NCBI GenBank assembly: GCA_948471335.1
Contig: CAOKRZ010000001.1
Coordinates: 1-39,282, forward strand
DNA from: an uncultured Christensenella sp.
GTDB lineage: Bacteria; Bacillota; Clostridia; Christensenellales; UBA1242
DNA length: 39,282 nt
Direction of reading: 5' to 3'
In this document: piece by piece, positions 1 to 7,435 of the stretch
How the letters are laid out: each line of letters opens with the position of its first letter
Numbering within the stretch: position 1 is the first letter of the stretch
Notes under the pieces: model-generated
Seen by the model: only the letters and a program-made list of their open reading frames with translations
Databases searched by the model: none
Told to the model about the DNA's origin: nothing
Made by a program: the position numbers and the translations under genes

Positions 1-2
1 CG

Positions 3-551
3 GACATTCGCAAATGGCTGTTACATTTCCGCACTCTTGACTATTCAAAGACAAAACACCGCAAGGAGCTAATCAATATCTTTATTTACCGAATTGTGCT
101 TTACGACGATAAAATGAAAGTGCTATTCCACCTAAAAGGCGGGCAGAAAGAGGAACTTTTATTGAACTTGATATTTCCCGATTACCCCGACGGAAGAGAG
201 GATGAAAGCGAAAAAAGCGCAAAAGAAAAAGAAACCGAAAATTCGGTTTCTCTTTCGGGGTGTTCTTATACCCCTCGTCTGGTGCCCCATACGAACCCCA
301 CGGGATTCGACTCCTTTCTCAATTCAGAAAAAATAAAAACAGAGATGGGTCTCTGTTTCAAGTGCTGTGGTAGTCTCAAGGGGAGTCGAACCCCTCACTT
401 CGCCGTGAAAGGGCGATGTCTTAACCGATTGACCATGAGACCAAATTCAAGAGTTACTCGCTTATTATACGAAAAAATAGTCGTGCTGTCAAGCGTTTTT
501 CGGCATTATTTTTTCTTTTTTAGCGGATTTCTTGCAATTGCGGTCACATAG
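3..551 (+). CDS. Large serine recombinase, C-terminal fragment (5' end outside the window; 3' end uncertain)
   Basis: Frame 3 is open from the window edge. The translation DIRKWLLHFRTLDYSKTKHRKELINIFIYRIVLYDDKMKVLFHLKGG resembles by eye the conserved tail (R..LI..F...I.LYDDK..I.F) of Firmicutes phage/ICE large serine recombinases. There is no stop until 551, so the formal ORF runs antisense through a terminator hairpin, the tRNA-Glu gene and its promoter. Sequence after about nt 230 is low complexity. Confidence 0.55.
   Translation, partial: DIRKWLLHFRTLDYSKTKHRKELINIFIYRIVLYDDKMKVLFHLKGGQKEELLLNLIFPDYPDGREDESEKSAKEKETENSVSLSGCSYTPRLVPHTNPTGFDSFLNSEKIKTEMGLCFKCCGSLKGSRTPHFAVKGRCLNRLTMRPNSRVTRLLYEKIVVLSSVFRHYFFFFSGFLAIAVT
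327..358 (-). terminator. Rho-independent terminator of tRNA-Glu
   Basis: A 9-bp inverted repeat aaacagaga (337-345) / tctctgttt (350-358) with a 4-nt loop. On the minus strand it is followed by a T-run (plus-strand A-run 327-336), 10 nt downstream of the tRNA 3' end. Confidence 0.6.
368..442 (-). tRNA. tRNA-Glu (anticodon UUC), CCA encoded
   Basis: The reverse complement reads GGTCTCATGGTCAATCGGTTAAGACATCGCCCTTTCACGGCGAAGTGAGGGGTTCGACTCCCCTTGAGACTACCA. It has a 7-bp acceptor stem (G1-U72 wobble), anticodon stem TCGCC/GGCGA with loop CTTTCAC, and T-arm AGGGG-TTCGACT-CCCCT. It closely resembles canonical bacterial tRNA-Glu. Confidence 0.9.
464..492 (-). promoter_or_regulatory. Consensus sigma-A promoter for tRNA-Glu
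   Basis: The minus strand reads TTGACA (487-492), a 17-nt spacer, then TATAAT (464-469). The tRNA 5' end lies about 22 nt downstream of the -10 element. Confidence 0.7.
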
Positions 552-1255
552 ATCTCTTTTGCCTTGGATTTTTTAAGAAGCATCGCAACAATATTTACTG
601 TAGCGCAAGTTGTGATGACATCGTCAACAATCAAAAAAGACTTATCTTTGACGAAGTTTTTGTCTGTGAGAGAAAAACTGTCTTTAAGGTTTCTTTGACG
701 CTCCTCATAGCTTAAAAACTTTTGACTTTTTGTCATACGATACTTGATCACAAGGTCGCTGAGCATAGGTTTGCCTGTAAGGGCTGAAATTTCTTTTGCA
801 AGAAGCTCGGCTTGGTTATAGCCTCTTCGTTTCTTTGTTTTTTCATGGACTGGAACTGGGATTATGTAGTCAAACTTAAAGTTTTCTTCACTTATTCGTT
901 TAACCATGATTTTTGCTAGGTCTGAAACAAGATAGAGCGCATGGTCTTCTTTAAGTTTAAGTATTGCACGTCTTACCTGAGTTTGATAAACAAACGGGCA
1001 GGTGGCTTTTGTGAAATGTTTGTGTTTGCTTGCGCAAAAATCACAAACCTGATTGCCGTCAAGGATTGGCACATCACAAAACTTGCAACGCGTGCCTTCG
1101 TTTAAGATGTTGCTTTCAAGACAATGCTCACAAAATGGCATATTATCAAAATCAGGCACATCTGTTTCGCAAAAAAGACACTTGGCTTTGCTGGGAAAAA
1201 TTTGCTCAAGTATCCAATCTTTTGTTAAGTTTAAGAATTTTAGAAATTTGTTCAT
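506..1255 (-). CDS. comFC: ComF family protein (ComFC-type phosphoribosyltransferase-like competence protein)
   Basis: 249 aa. The N-terminus has Cys-pair zinc-finger motifs (CLFCE..CEHC, CKFCD..CDFC). The C-terminus has the PRTase motif FLIVDDVITTCATV. It lies 4 nt downstream of recD2. Confidence 0.85.
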   Translation of the reverse strand: MNKFLKFLNLTKDWILEQIFPSKAKCLFCETDVPDFDNMPFCEHCLESNILNEGTRCKFCDVPILDGNQVCDFCASKHKHFTKATCPFVYQTQVRRAILKLKEDHALYLVSDLAKIMVKRISEENFKFDYIIPVPVHEKTKKRRGYNQAELLAKEISALTGKPMLSDLVIKYRMTKSQKFLSYEERQRNLKDSFSLTDKNFVKDKSFLIVDDVITTCATVNIVAMLLKKSKAKEIYVTAIARNPLKKKK

Positions 1256-1259
1256 ATCA

Positions 1260-3503
1260 TTAGTTAAAAAGTTCGCCGATTTGGCTGTTTGTTGAAATGA
1301 GAAGGTCTTTTAAAAGTGTGAAGCGCTGCACTGTGTAGCTGTTTGACACCATTCTCTTAAGATTTTTTTGTTCTCCGACAATGACAACCATTTTTTTTGC
1401 CCTTGTTACGCCGGTATAGATCAGGTTGCGTGTGAGAATCATGCTTGGTCCTGCAATTGCTGGCAAAATGACCACATCAAACTCAGAGCCCTGACTTTTG
1501 TGAATTGTGATGGCATATGCAAGAGAAAGCTGGCTGAGTTCTGTTCTTGGATAAGGGCAGTGGCGACCATCTTCAAAGACGACGACTGTTTCGCCAGTTT
1601 GATAGTCAATTGAGTCGATAAAGCCGATGTCTCCATTGAAAACCCCTTCTCCTTCTTCTTCCAAGAAGCCATTCATGCGCTTCCAAACAAGGTTATAGTT
1701 GTTTGAAGTTTGCATAACCTTGTCGCCTTCGCGGAAAATGTTTTCGCCGACAACAAATTCGTTTTTCTTTATTGAAGGAGGATTGATTTTTTCTTGCAAG
1801 GTGCGGTTTAAATTGTCAATCCCGCACACTCCTGCTTTAAGTGGAGCGAGAACTTGAATCTGCGTCGAATCCAGCCCTGTAAATTTTGGAAGGCGGGAAG
1901 TGACCATGTCAACAATTGAATTCTTGATTTTGTCAAGCTCGGTTTTCTCTTCAAAGAAAAAATCTTTTGATGAGTTGTCAATGACAGGCATCTTGCCAGA
2001 GTTTATGAGGTGCGCGTTTGTGATGATAAGGCTGTTTTCGGCCTGTCTATAAATTTTTGTCAGCATTGAGACTGTGACTATTCCGCTTTTCAGAATGTCG
2101 CCAAGCACATTTCCAGCACCAACACTTGGAAGCTGATCTTTGTCGCCAACCAGCACAAGTTTGCAGTCGCGTGGAAGAGCCTTACACAAACTGCTCATAA
2201 GTGCGACGTCAACCATTGAGACTTCGTCGACAATGACAGCGTTTGTTTTGAGTGGATTTTTTTCGTTGTAAACAAATCGCGATAAAGCGCCGTCTGCACC
2301 TTCACCAACTTCCAATGCACGATGAATTGTCTTTGCTTCTTCGCCAGTGCTGTCGGAAAGCCTTTTTGATGCACGGCCTGTTGGTGCAACAAGCATATAT
2401 TCTTGCTTGTTTTGTTTCAAGATTTCAATGATGCATTTGACAATTGTGGTTTTTCCAGTTCCAGGCCCGCCTGTTATAACAGAAACGCCACTGTTTATTG
2501 CGCTTATAATTGCAGCTTTTTGTTCGTCATGAAAAGATATTTGATTTTTCTCTTCAAAATGTTTAATTTCATCTTCAAGGTCAAGCTTTTTGGTGACTAC
2601 GCTTTGATTTAATAAACATAACTTCTGAGCGACAGAGTTTTCATAGAAATAATACTTTGAGAACATGACAATTTCGCTGCCTTTATGCTGCATGAGGCGC
2701 ATAGTTTTATCAATAGTAAGCCCGTCAAGTGCATCGTCATATTTTTCCTTAAAGGTAACTAGATCAAGCTCCAGAAGTTTTTCTGCGGCTTCAAAAAGCA
2801 TTTCTTTTGGCAAATATGTGTTGCCAGTTCGCTCAACGGAATTGTTCATTGTGTGTATAAGCCCAGCGCGAACCCGAAACTCGCTTTCTTCTGGAATCCC
2901 AACACTTCTTGCAATTCGGTCAGCCGTTAAAAAGCCTATTCCATCGACATCTTCAACAAGGCGGTAGGGATTGTTTTTCACAACGTCAATTGTTTTGCTG
3001 TCATAGATTTGATAGATCTTGATTGCCATGTTGGTTGAAATGTTATACTTTTGCAAAAACATGATTGAATTTTGCATTTTTTTCAGCTCTTTGAATTTAT
3101 CTCCGATCTCCAAAGCTTTTTTCATGCTTATGTTTTTGATTTCGGCAAGCTTTGACGGCGCCATTTCAATTATGTCAAAAGTCTCTTCCTTGAAAGCTGC
3201 GACAATGTTTTTTGCTGTGATAGGGCCAACGCCTTTGATAAGCCCTGATGAAAGATATCGTTCAATCCCAGCCAATGTTTTTGGAAGAAGCACCTCATAT
3301 GAAGAAAAAGAGAATTGATATCCATATTTATTGTTGTTGACATATTCGCCTTCAAGAAGAAGATTTTCACCAATGTTTGCCGACAAAAGCTTGCCTACAA
3401 TTGTCACCATAGCGCCTTTAAAGTCGACTATTGCAACAGTGTAGCCATTTTGTTCGTTTCTGAAAATAATTTCTTCAATTGGTCCTTCAATCTGCATAGT
3501 CAT
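1260..3503 (-). CDS. recD2: RecD2-type SF1B ATP-dependent DNA helicase
   Basis: 747 aa. The N-terminus is the typical RecD2 form EEIIFRNEQNGYTV. It has Walker A GGPGTGKTT, VDEVSMVD, and C-terminal TIHKSQGSEF and YTGVTRAK motifs. Confidence 0.9.
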   Translation of the reverse strand: MTMQIEGPIEEIIFRNEQNGYTVAIVDFKGAMVTIVGKLLSANIGENLLLEGEYVNNNKYGYQFSFSSYEVLLPKTLAGIERYLSSGLIKGVGPITAKNIVAAFKEETFDIIEMAPSKLAEIKNISMKKALEIGDKFKELKKMQNSIMFLQKYNISTNMAIKIYQIYDSKTIDVVKNNPYRLVEDVDGIGFLTADRIARSVGIPEESEFRVRAGLIHTMNNSVERTGNTYLPKEMLFEAAEKLLELDLVTFKEKYDDALDGLTIDKTMRLMQHKGSEIVMFSKYYFYENSVAQKLCLLNQSVVTKKLDLEDEIKHFEEKNQISFHDEQKAAIISAINSGVSVITGGPGTGKTTIVKCIIEILKQNKQEYMLVAPTGRASKRLSDSTGEEAKTIHRALEVGEGADGALSRFVYNEKNPLKTNAVIVDEVSMVDVALMSSLCKALPRDCKLVLVGDKDQLPSVGAGNVLGDILKSGIVTVSMLTKIYRQAENSLIITNAHLINSGKMPVIDNSSKDFFFEEKTELDKIKNSIVDMVTSRLPKFTGLDSTQIQVLAPLKAGVCGIDNLNRTLQEKINPPSIKKNEFVVGENIFREGDKVMQTSNNYNLVWKRMNGFLEEEGEGVFNGDIGFIDSIDYQTGETVVVFEDGRHCPYPRTELSQLSLAYAITIHKSQGSEFDVVILPAIAGPSMILTRNLIYTGVTRAKKMVVIVGEQKNLKRMVSNSYTVQRFTLLKDLLISTNSQIGELFN

Positions 3504-3543
3504 ATTTTAATACCTATCAATATCAAAAATCAAGCAAAAACGC

Positions 3544-3572
3544 TTGCAACTGATAAAAATTTTGTTTATACT
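3544..3572 (+). promoter_or_regulatory. Candidate sigma-A promoter of the marR-like/cysS operon
   Basis: TTGCAA (3544-3549), a 17-nt spacer, then TATACT (3567-3572), ending 20 nt upstream of the ATG at 3593. Confidence 0.5.
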
Positions 3573-3592
3573 ATTATTGCACGGTTAAAATT

Positions 3593-3976
3593 ATGGACAG
3601 GGCGAAAAGAATCATTGAAATTGAATCACTTGCTGAAAATTTGTTGAAAAGTCGCAAAAATTCACCTTTATTGCGTCTTAAAGTTTTGTATTTCGCTTCT
3701 GTATATGAAAATTTGTCTGTAAGTATGATTATTGAAAAGCTTGGAATCAAGAAATCAAACTTCGCGCTTCTCACAAGAGAACTTGAAGAAGAAGGCCTTA
3801 TTGAAATTTTGCAAGCCGAGATTGACAAACGATGTCGTTCTATTAAGCTTACAAATAAGGGCAGGGAAGAGCTTGAAAGCTATATCACAGAAGTTGAGAA
3901 CATTTTGACTCCTTCAAGCATCGAAGTTGACAAAGCCCTTGAAACAATAACTGATTATTTGAATAAAATTATATAA
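3593..3976 (+). CDS. MarR-family winged-helix transcriptional regulator
   Basis: 127 aa. It has the typical MarR wHTH core (SVSMIIEKLGIKKSNFALLTRELEEEGLIE...DKRCRSIKLTNKGREEL). Confidence 0.75.
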   Translation: MDRAKRIIEIESLAENLLKSRKNSPLLRLKVLYFASVYENLSVSMIIEKLGIKKSNFALLTRELEEEGLIEILQAEIDKRCRSIKLTNKGREELESYITEVENILTPSSIEVDKALETITDYLNKII

Positions 3977-3987
3977 TAGGGGAAAAT

Positions 3988-5406
3988 ATGATAAGAATAT
4001 ATAATACAAGAACAAGGAAAAAGGAGGACTTTGTTCCTATTTCCGAAGGTCGTGTCGGAATGTATGTTTGCGGTCCAACAGTATATGGACCTCCACATCT
4101 TGGGCACGCGAAAAGTTATCTTTCATTTGATGTAATACGTCGTTTTTTCGTCTTTTCTGGGTATAAAGTAAAATACGTTCAAAACATAACTGACGTTGGA
4201 CACCTTGTTGGCGACGGCGATGAAGGGGAAGACAAGATTGCTCGTCAAGCAAAACTTGAAAAAGTTGATCCATATGAAATCGCTTACAAATATGAATGCG
4301 ACTATTTCAAAGCAATGGATGCACTCAACATTGAAAGACCTTCAATTTCTGCGAGGGCAACCGGGTTTATCATTGATATCATTGAAGCGGTAAAAGAGAT
4401 TGTTGACAAGGGTTATGGTTATGTAACTAAAGAAGGCAATGTGTATTTTGATGTGAGAAAATATCCAAATTACGGACAACTTTCCAATAGAAAACTTGAT
4501 GAAAGTGTCAGCGGAGAGCGTATTGAAGTTGCTTCGGATAAACGCAATCCAGAAGATTTTGCGCTTTGGAAGGCAGTGGATGATAAAACTTTGATGAAGT
4601 GGGATAGCCCTTGGGGAGTTGGTTGTCCAGGTTGGCATATCGAATGTTCAGTTTTAAGCCGCAAGTTTCTTGGTGACAAGTTTGATATTCACGGCGGCGG
4701 GATTGACAACCTTTTCCCACATCATGAATGCGAATGTGCACAAGGGGATATTCTTACTGGTGATGTGCCAATGAACTATTTTATGCACAATAATCTTGTG
4801 ACAGTTAACGGCACTAAAATGGGTAAGAGCTTAGGAAATTTTATCACGCTTACTGAACTTTTTGATAAATATGGACCTATGGTTGTAAGATATTTCATAT
4901 TGATGAGTCATTATCGTAGTATTGTTGACTTTAACAATGAAGGTCTTAAGACTGCACAAAAGCAATATGCAAGAATTGCAGAAATGGTTAAGGGGATTGA
5001 AAAGCTTGCAAGCACGGAAAAGGTGCCAAGTGGCGAACTGAAAAATATTTTTGATGCTTGCATTGAGGCAATGAATGACGACTTTAACACTCCAGTTTTG
5101 ATAGCCGAAGTCTTAAATTTCGTGAAGAGTGCAAACACCATTATTTCACAAGGCGACAATGAAAAAGCGAAAGAAGCATTATATGTTGTTAATAATATTA
5201 TAAAGGAAGTAATGGGGCTTCAATTTGAAACTAAGGCTGAAGTTGAAGAAAAACTTGACGATGAAATAGATGCTCTCGCAAAGTTGCGTTGGCAGGCAAA
5301 GAAAGATAAAAACTGGGCAGAGGCTGACAAGCTTAGAGCAATTTTACTTGAAAAAGGTTACACGATAAAAGACACTAAAGACGGTTATGAAATAGAAAAA
5401 AACTAG
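3988..5406 (+). CDS. cysS: Cysteine--tRNA ligase
   Basis: 472 aa with the class I signatures HLGH (PPHLGHAKSY) and KMSKS variant KMGKS. It also has the CPGWHIECS zinc site. The RBS is gggga, and the gene starts 11 nt after the MarR-like gene. Confidence 0.95.
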   Translation: MIRIYNTRTRKKEDFVPISEGRVGMYVCGPTVYGPPHLGHAKSYLSFDVIRRFFVFSGYKVKYVQNITDVGHLVGDGDEGEDKIARQAKLEKVDPYEIAYKYECDYFKAMDALNIERPSISARATGFIIDIIEAVKEIVDKGYGYVTKEGNVYFDVRKYPNYGQLSNRKLDESVSGERIEVASDKRNPEDFALWKAVDDKTLMKWDSPWGVGCPGWHIECSVLSRKFLGDKFDIHGGGIDNLFPHHECECAQGDILTGDVPMNYFMHNNLVTVNGTKMGKSLGNFITLTELFDKYGPMVVRYFILMSHYRSIVDFNNEGLKTAQKQYARIAEMVKGIEKLASTEKVPSGELKNIFDACIEAMNDDFNTPVLIAEVLNFVKSANTIISQGDNEKAKEALYVVNNIIKEVMGLQFETKAEVEEKLDDEIDALAKLRWQAKKDKNWAEADKLRAILLEKGYTIKDTKDGYEIEKN

Positions 5407-5430
5407 GAAATTTCCTAGTTTTTTATTTTT
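5401..5430. terminator. Bidirectional rho-independent terminator (cysS / convergent hypothetical gene)
   Basis: Stem aactagga (5401-5408) / tcctagtt (5413-5420) with loop aatt. It is flanked by an A-run upstream and a T-run downstream, and overlaps the cysS stop codon. Confidence 0.7.
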
Positions 5431-5432
5431 AA

Positions 5433-6092
5433 CTATCTAAGTGTGTTGCCTCTTTCTCTTTTTTCGATTTCGAAAAGTTCTTTAACGAATCTGATAAGTT
5501 CGTCTTGATTATCAACATTTGTTGATCTGATTATTTCCTTAATTTGTTTTACAGCGTCAGCAGAGCTTATAGCATCCACACTTGCAAAATATCTGAGTGA
5601 ATCAACAACCCCAAGTGCCAAAGTGTTTTTAAAGGCTGGTGCAATTTTTACGTTCTTTTCATATGCTGTTTTGTGATTTTCAAGAATTTCTACAAATCCT
5701 TGGCAAGCATTTTGTCCTAATTTCATATCATTCTCCTTTGTTTCTGTCTTTATTATATCATCATTTTTATTTTTGTCAATAGGTGGTTTTGGATGTGTTG
5801 GCTTAATTGTAAACTTTTTGTATTTTCGATAACTGTCATAAACGCGATCAAAGATCGATTCAAGTGCAAGCTGATTTTCAGCGCCAACAAGATAACCTTT
5901 CAAAAGCTCATGCATTGCATAATCATTTGAGTGTTCGTCTGCGCCAACCATTGCAAGAAGTTCGATATACATTTGCGCCTGTCTGCCAGTCATGCCTTTG
6001 ATGTATGGCCCAGTCTGACTTTTCTCCCAAGCTCTATATTCTTCCCATAATTCTTTAAATCTCTTGACTAATTCAGGATATATTGCGCTCAT
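5433..6092 (-). CDS. Hypothetical protein (two helical halves joined by a Pro/Lys/Asn-rich linker)
   Basis: 219-aa ORF with a good RBS (aggag 8 nt upstream) and its own promoter. I recognise no family. Confidence 0.6.
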   Translation of the reverse strand: MSAIYPELVKRFKELWEEYRAWEKSQTGPYIKGMTGRQAQMYIELLAMVGADEHSNDYAMHELLKGYLVGAENQLALESIFDRVYDSYRKYKKFTIKPTHPKPPIDKNKNDDIIKTETKENDMKLGQNACQGFVEILENHKTAYEKNVKIAPAFKNTLALGVVDSLRYFASVDAISSADAVKQIKEIIRSTNVDNQDELIRFVKELFEIEKRERGNTLR

Positions 6093-6111
6093 ATCTTTTT
6101 CTCCTGTTAAT

Positions 6112-6140
6112 ATGATAACATGAGGTCAAGGATATGTCAA
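6112..6140 (-). promoter_or_regulatory. Candidate sigma-A promoter for the 5433-6092 gene
   Basis: The minus strand reads TTGACA (6135-6140), a 17-nt spacer, then TATCAT (6112-6117), just downstream of the rplL terminator. Confidence 0.5.
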
Positions 6141-6144
6141 TATC

Positions 6145-6181
6145 AAAAAACAAAAAAACAGGGGAAAGACCCTGTTTTTTC
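6145..6181 (-). terminator. Rho-independent terminator after rplL
   Basis: Stem caggg (6159-6163) / ccctg (6170-6174), extended by A/T pairs. On the minus strand it is followed by a long T-run (plus-strand A-run 6145-6158). Confidence 0.7.
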
Positions 6182-6209
6182 AACACAAAATTCAAAATAT
6201 GATTTTAAT

Positions 6210-6584
6210 TTACTTAAGTTTAACTGTTGCGCCAGCTTCTTTAAGCTTAGCTTCGATTTCTTTAGCTTCAGCTGCAGGAACGTTTTCTTTGATTGCCTTT
6301 GGAGCAGATTCAACGAGAGCTTTAGCTTCGCCAAGACCAAGTCCAGTGATTTCTCTAACGACTTTGATAACAGCGATTTTGTTTGCGCCGATTTCAGCGA
6401 GTTCAACTGTGAATTCAGTTTTTTCTTCAGCAGCAGGAGCAGCAGCACCAGCAGGAGCAGCAGCTACAGCTACAGGAGCAGCAGCAGAAACGCCGAATTC
6501 TTCTTCGAGTTTCTTTACAAGTTCTGCCACTTCAACAATTGTGAGTGTTTTGATTTCTTCAACCATTTTTTCGATATTTGCCAT
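6210..6584 (-). CDS. rplL: 50S ribosomal protein L7/L12
   Basis: 124 aa. It has an Ala/Pro-rich hinge, and the C-terminal domain reads [24 protein letters not shown]...EAGATVKLK. The RBS is ggagg. Confidence 0.95.
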   Translation of the reverse strand: MANIEKMVEEIKTLTIVEVAELVKKLEEEFGVSAAAPVAVAAAPAGAAAPAAEEKTEFTVELAEIGANKIAVIKVVREITGLGLGEAKALVESAPKAIKENVPAAEAKEIEAKLKEAGATVKLK

Positions 6585-6624
6585 AATATATTTTTCCTCC
6601 TAAATTTTTTTTCGTAACCTTATG

Positions 6625-7140
6625 TTACTTTGTGGCAATTGCATTAAGAGCAATTGCAAGCCCTTGTGTAGGGGCATTAAGAACTCTGCAAAGAGCACTA
6701 GCAGGCCCATTGAGCGTTCCAAGAAGTTTTGCAATAAGCACTTCTTTGCTTGGAAGTTTTGCAAGTTCTTCGATTTCTTTGCCTTCAACGAAGTTACCAT
6801 TAAGTAAACCAAATTTAACAGCCAATTTTTTTGTTTTTGTTGCGCTTTCACAAGCGATTTTTGCACCTGCTACTTCGTCATCATAACTGAAAGCAACAGC
6901 AGTTGTGCCTTGCAACATATTGTCGGCCACATTGATTCCGAGTTCGTTGAGTGCAAGAGATAATAATGTGTTTTTGTACACTTTGTATTCAGCGCCGTTT
7001 TTCTTGAATTCTCTGCGCATTGCAGTGTCTTCACTTACGGTCAAGCCTTTATAGTCAACGAAAGTCACAGATTTTGACTTTGAAAGCTTTTCTTTGATTT
7101 CTTCAACTACAAGCTTTTTTGCTTCGATATTAGCACTCAT
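6625..7140 (-). CDS. rplJ: 50S ribosomal protein L10
   Basis: I take the start at ATG 7140 (MSANIEAKKLVVEEIKEK...), preceded by aaagggagga. The 38 extra codons of the 7254 ORF overlap the leader hairpin and look non-coding. Confidence 0.9.
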   Translation of the reverse strand: MSANIEAKKLVVEEIKEKLSKSKSVTFVDYKGLTVSEDTAMRREFKKNGAEYKVYKNTLLSLALNELGINVADNMLQGTTAVAFSYDDEVAGAKIACESATKTKKLAVKFGLLNGNFVEGKEIEELAKLPSKEVLIAKLLGTLNGPASALCRVLNAPTQGLAIALNAIATK

Positions 7141-7308
7141 GACTTTTCCTCCCTTTAAAAATGAATTTTGTGTTATCAAAACAAAATCTCTACGCCTCGG
7201 GAAAAAGGCATAGAGATAAAAAATCAATATATTTCCTTCTTCCTCGGCAAGCACACCAGTTGTGTTTATGTTTTCACACTTGCTGTCTATGGATAGATTT
7301 CATTTTAA
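7141..7308 (-). promoter_or_regulatory. Ribosomal protein L10 leader-like 5' UTR with attenuator hairpin
   Basis: An untranslated leader of about 168 nt lies between the promoter and rplJ. It contains an 11-bp hairpin (AUCUCUAUGCC / GGCGUAGAGAU, plus coordinates 7186-7217) followed by UUUGUUUUG, about 37 nt before the start codon. This matches the transcription-attenuation layout of Firmicutes L10 leaders. Confidence 0.55.
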
Positions 7309-7315
7309 CAAGGTT

Positions 7316-7344
7316 ATTATACATATAAACTTTGGCTTTGTCAA
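7316..7344 (-). promoter_or_regulatory. Consensus sigma-A promoter of rplJ-rplL
   Basis: The minus strand reads TTGACA (7339-7344), a 17-nt spacer, then TATAAT (7316-7321). Confidence 0.75.
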
Positions 7345-7382
7345 CAAAAAACAAAAACTTTTTGAAATTTTATTTTATAAAT

Positions 7383-7411
7383 TTGACTTTGATATAAATA
7401 TTTGATAACAT
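7383..7411 (+). promoter_or_regulatory. Candidate promoter of leuS
   Basis: TTGACT (7383-7388), a 17-nt spacer, then TAACAT (7406-7411). The -10 element is only moderate. Confidence 0.4.
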
Positions 7412-7435
7412 ATCAGTAAGTTTAAGGAGAAAGAT

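Noticed and set aside
280-314. The string tggtgccccatacgaaccccacgggattcgactcc resembles the antisense 3' end or T-arm of a second tRNA.
   Set aside because: It cannot be folded into a T-arm or acceptor stem in either orientation. At most it is a scrambled tRNA or att remnant, mentioned under the recombinase finding. It is not a tRNA gene.
6400-6500. A GC-rich, repetitive gca/gct tract that stands out from the AT-rich background.
   Set aside because: It encodes the Ala/Pro-rich flexible hinge of L7/L12, which is a normal feature of rplL.
7141-7254. N-terminal extensions offered by the ORF track: rplJ from 7254, cca from 21025, VanW from 22388, TVP38 from 25354, DUF421 from 28389, PrsA-like from 35463, TasA-like from 38462 and the membrane protein from 10467.
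   Set aside because: In each case a downstream ATG gives the family-typical N-terminus, and most of them (rplJ, cca, VanW, PrsA-like, TasA-like and the 10455 membrane-protein start) also have a proper SD, whereas the TVP38 (25402) and DUF421 (28407) starts have no SD. The upstream codons overlap promoters, leaders or the preceding gene.
7255-7435. A T-box or other riboswitch upstream of leuS (and upstream of cysS at 3504-3987).
   Set aside because: The space is taken up by the divergent rplJ promoter and a leuS promoter close to its RBS. No specifier-loop or T-box (GGTGGTACCGCG-like) sequence is visible. This is reported instead as an absence worth checking.
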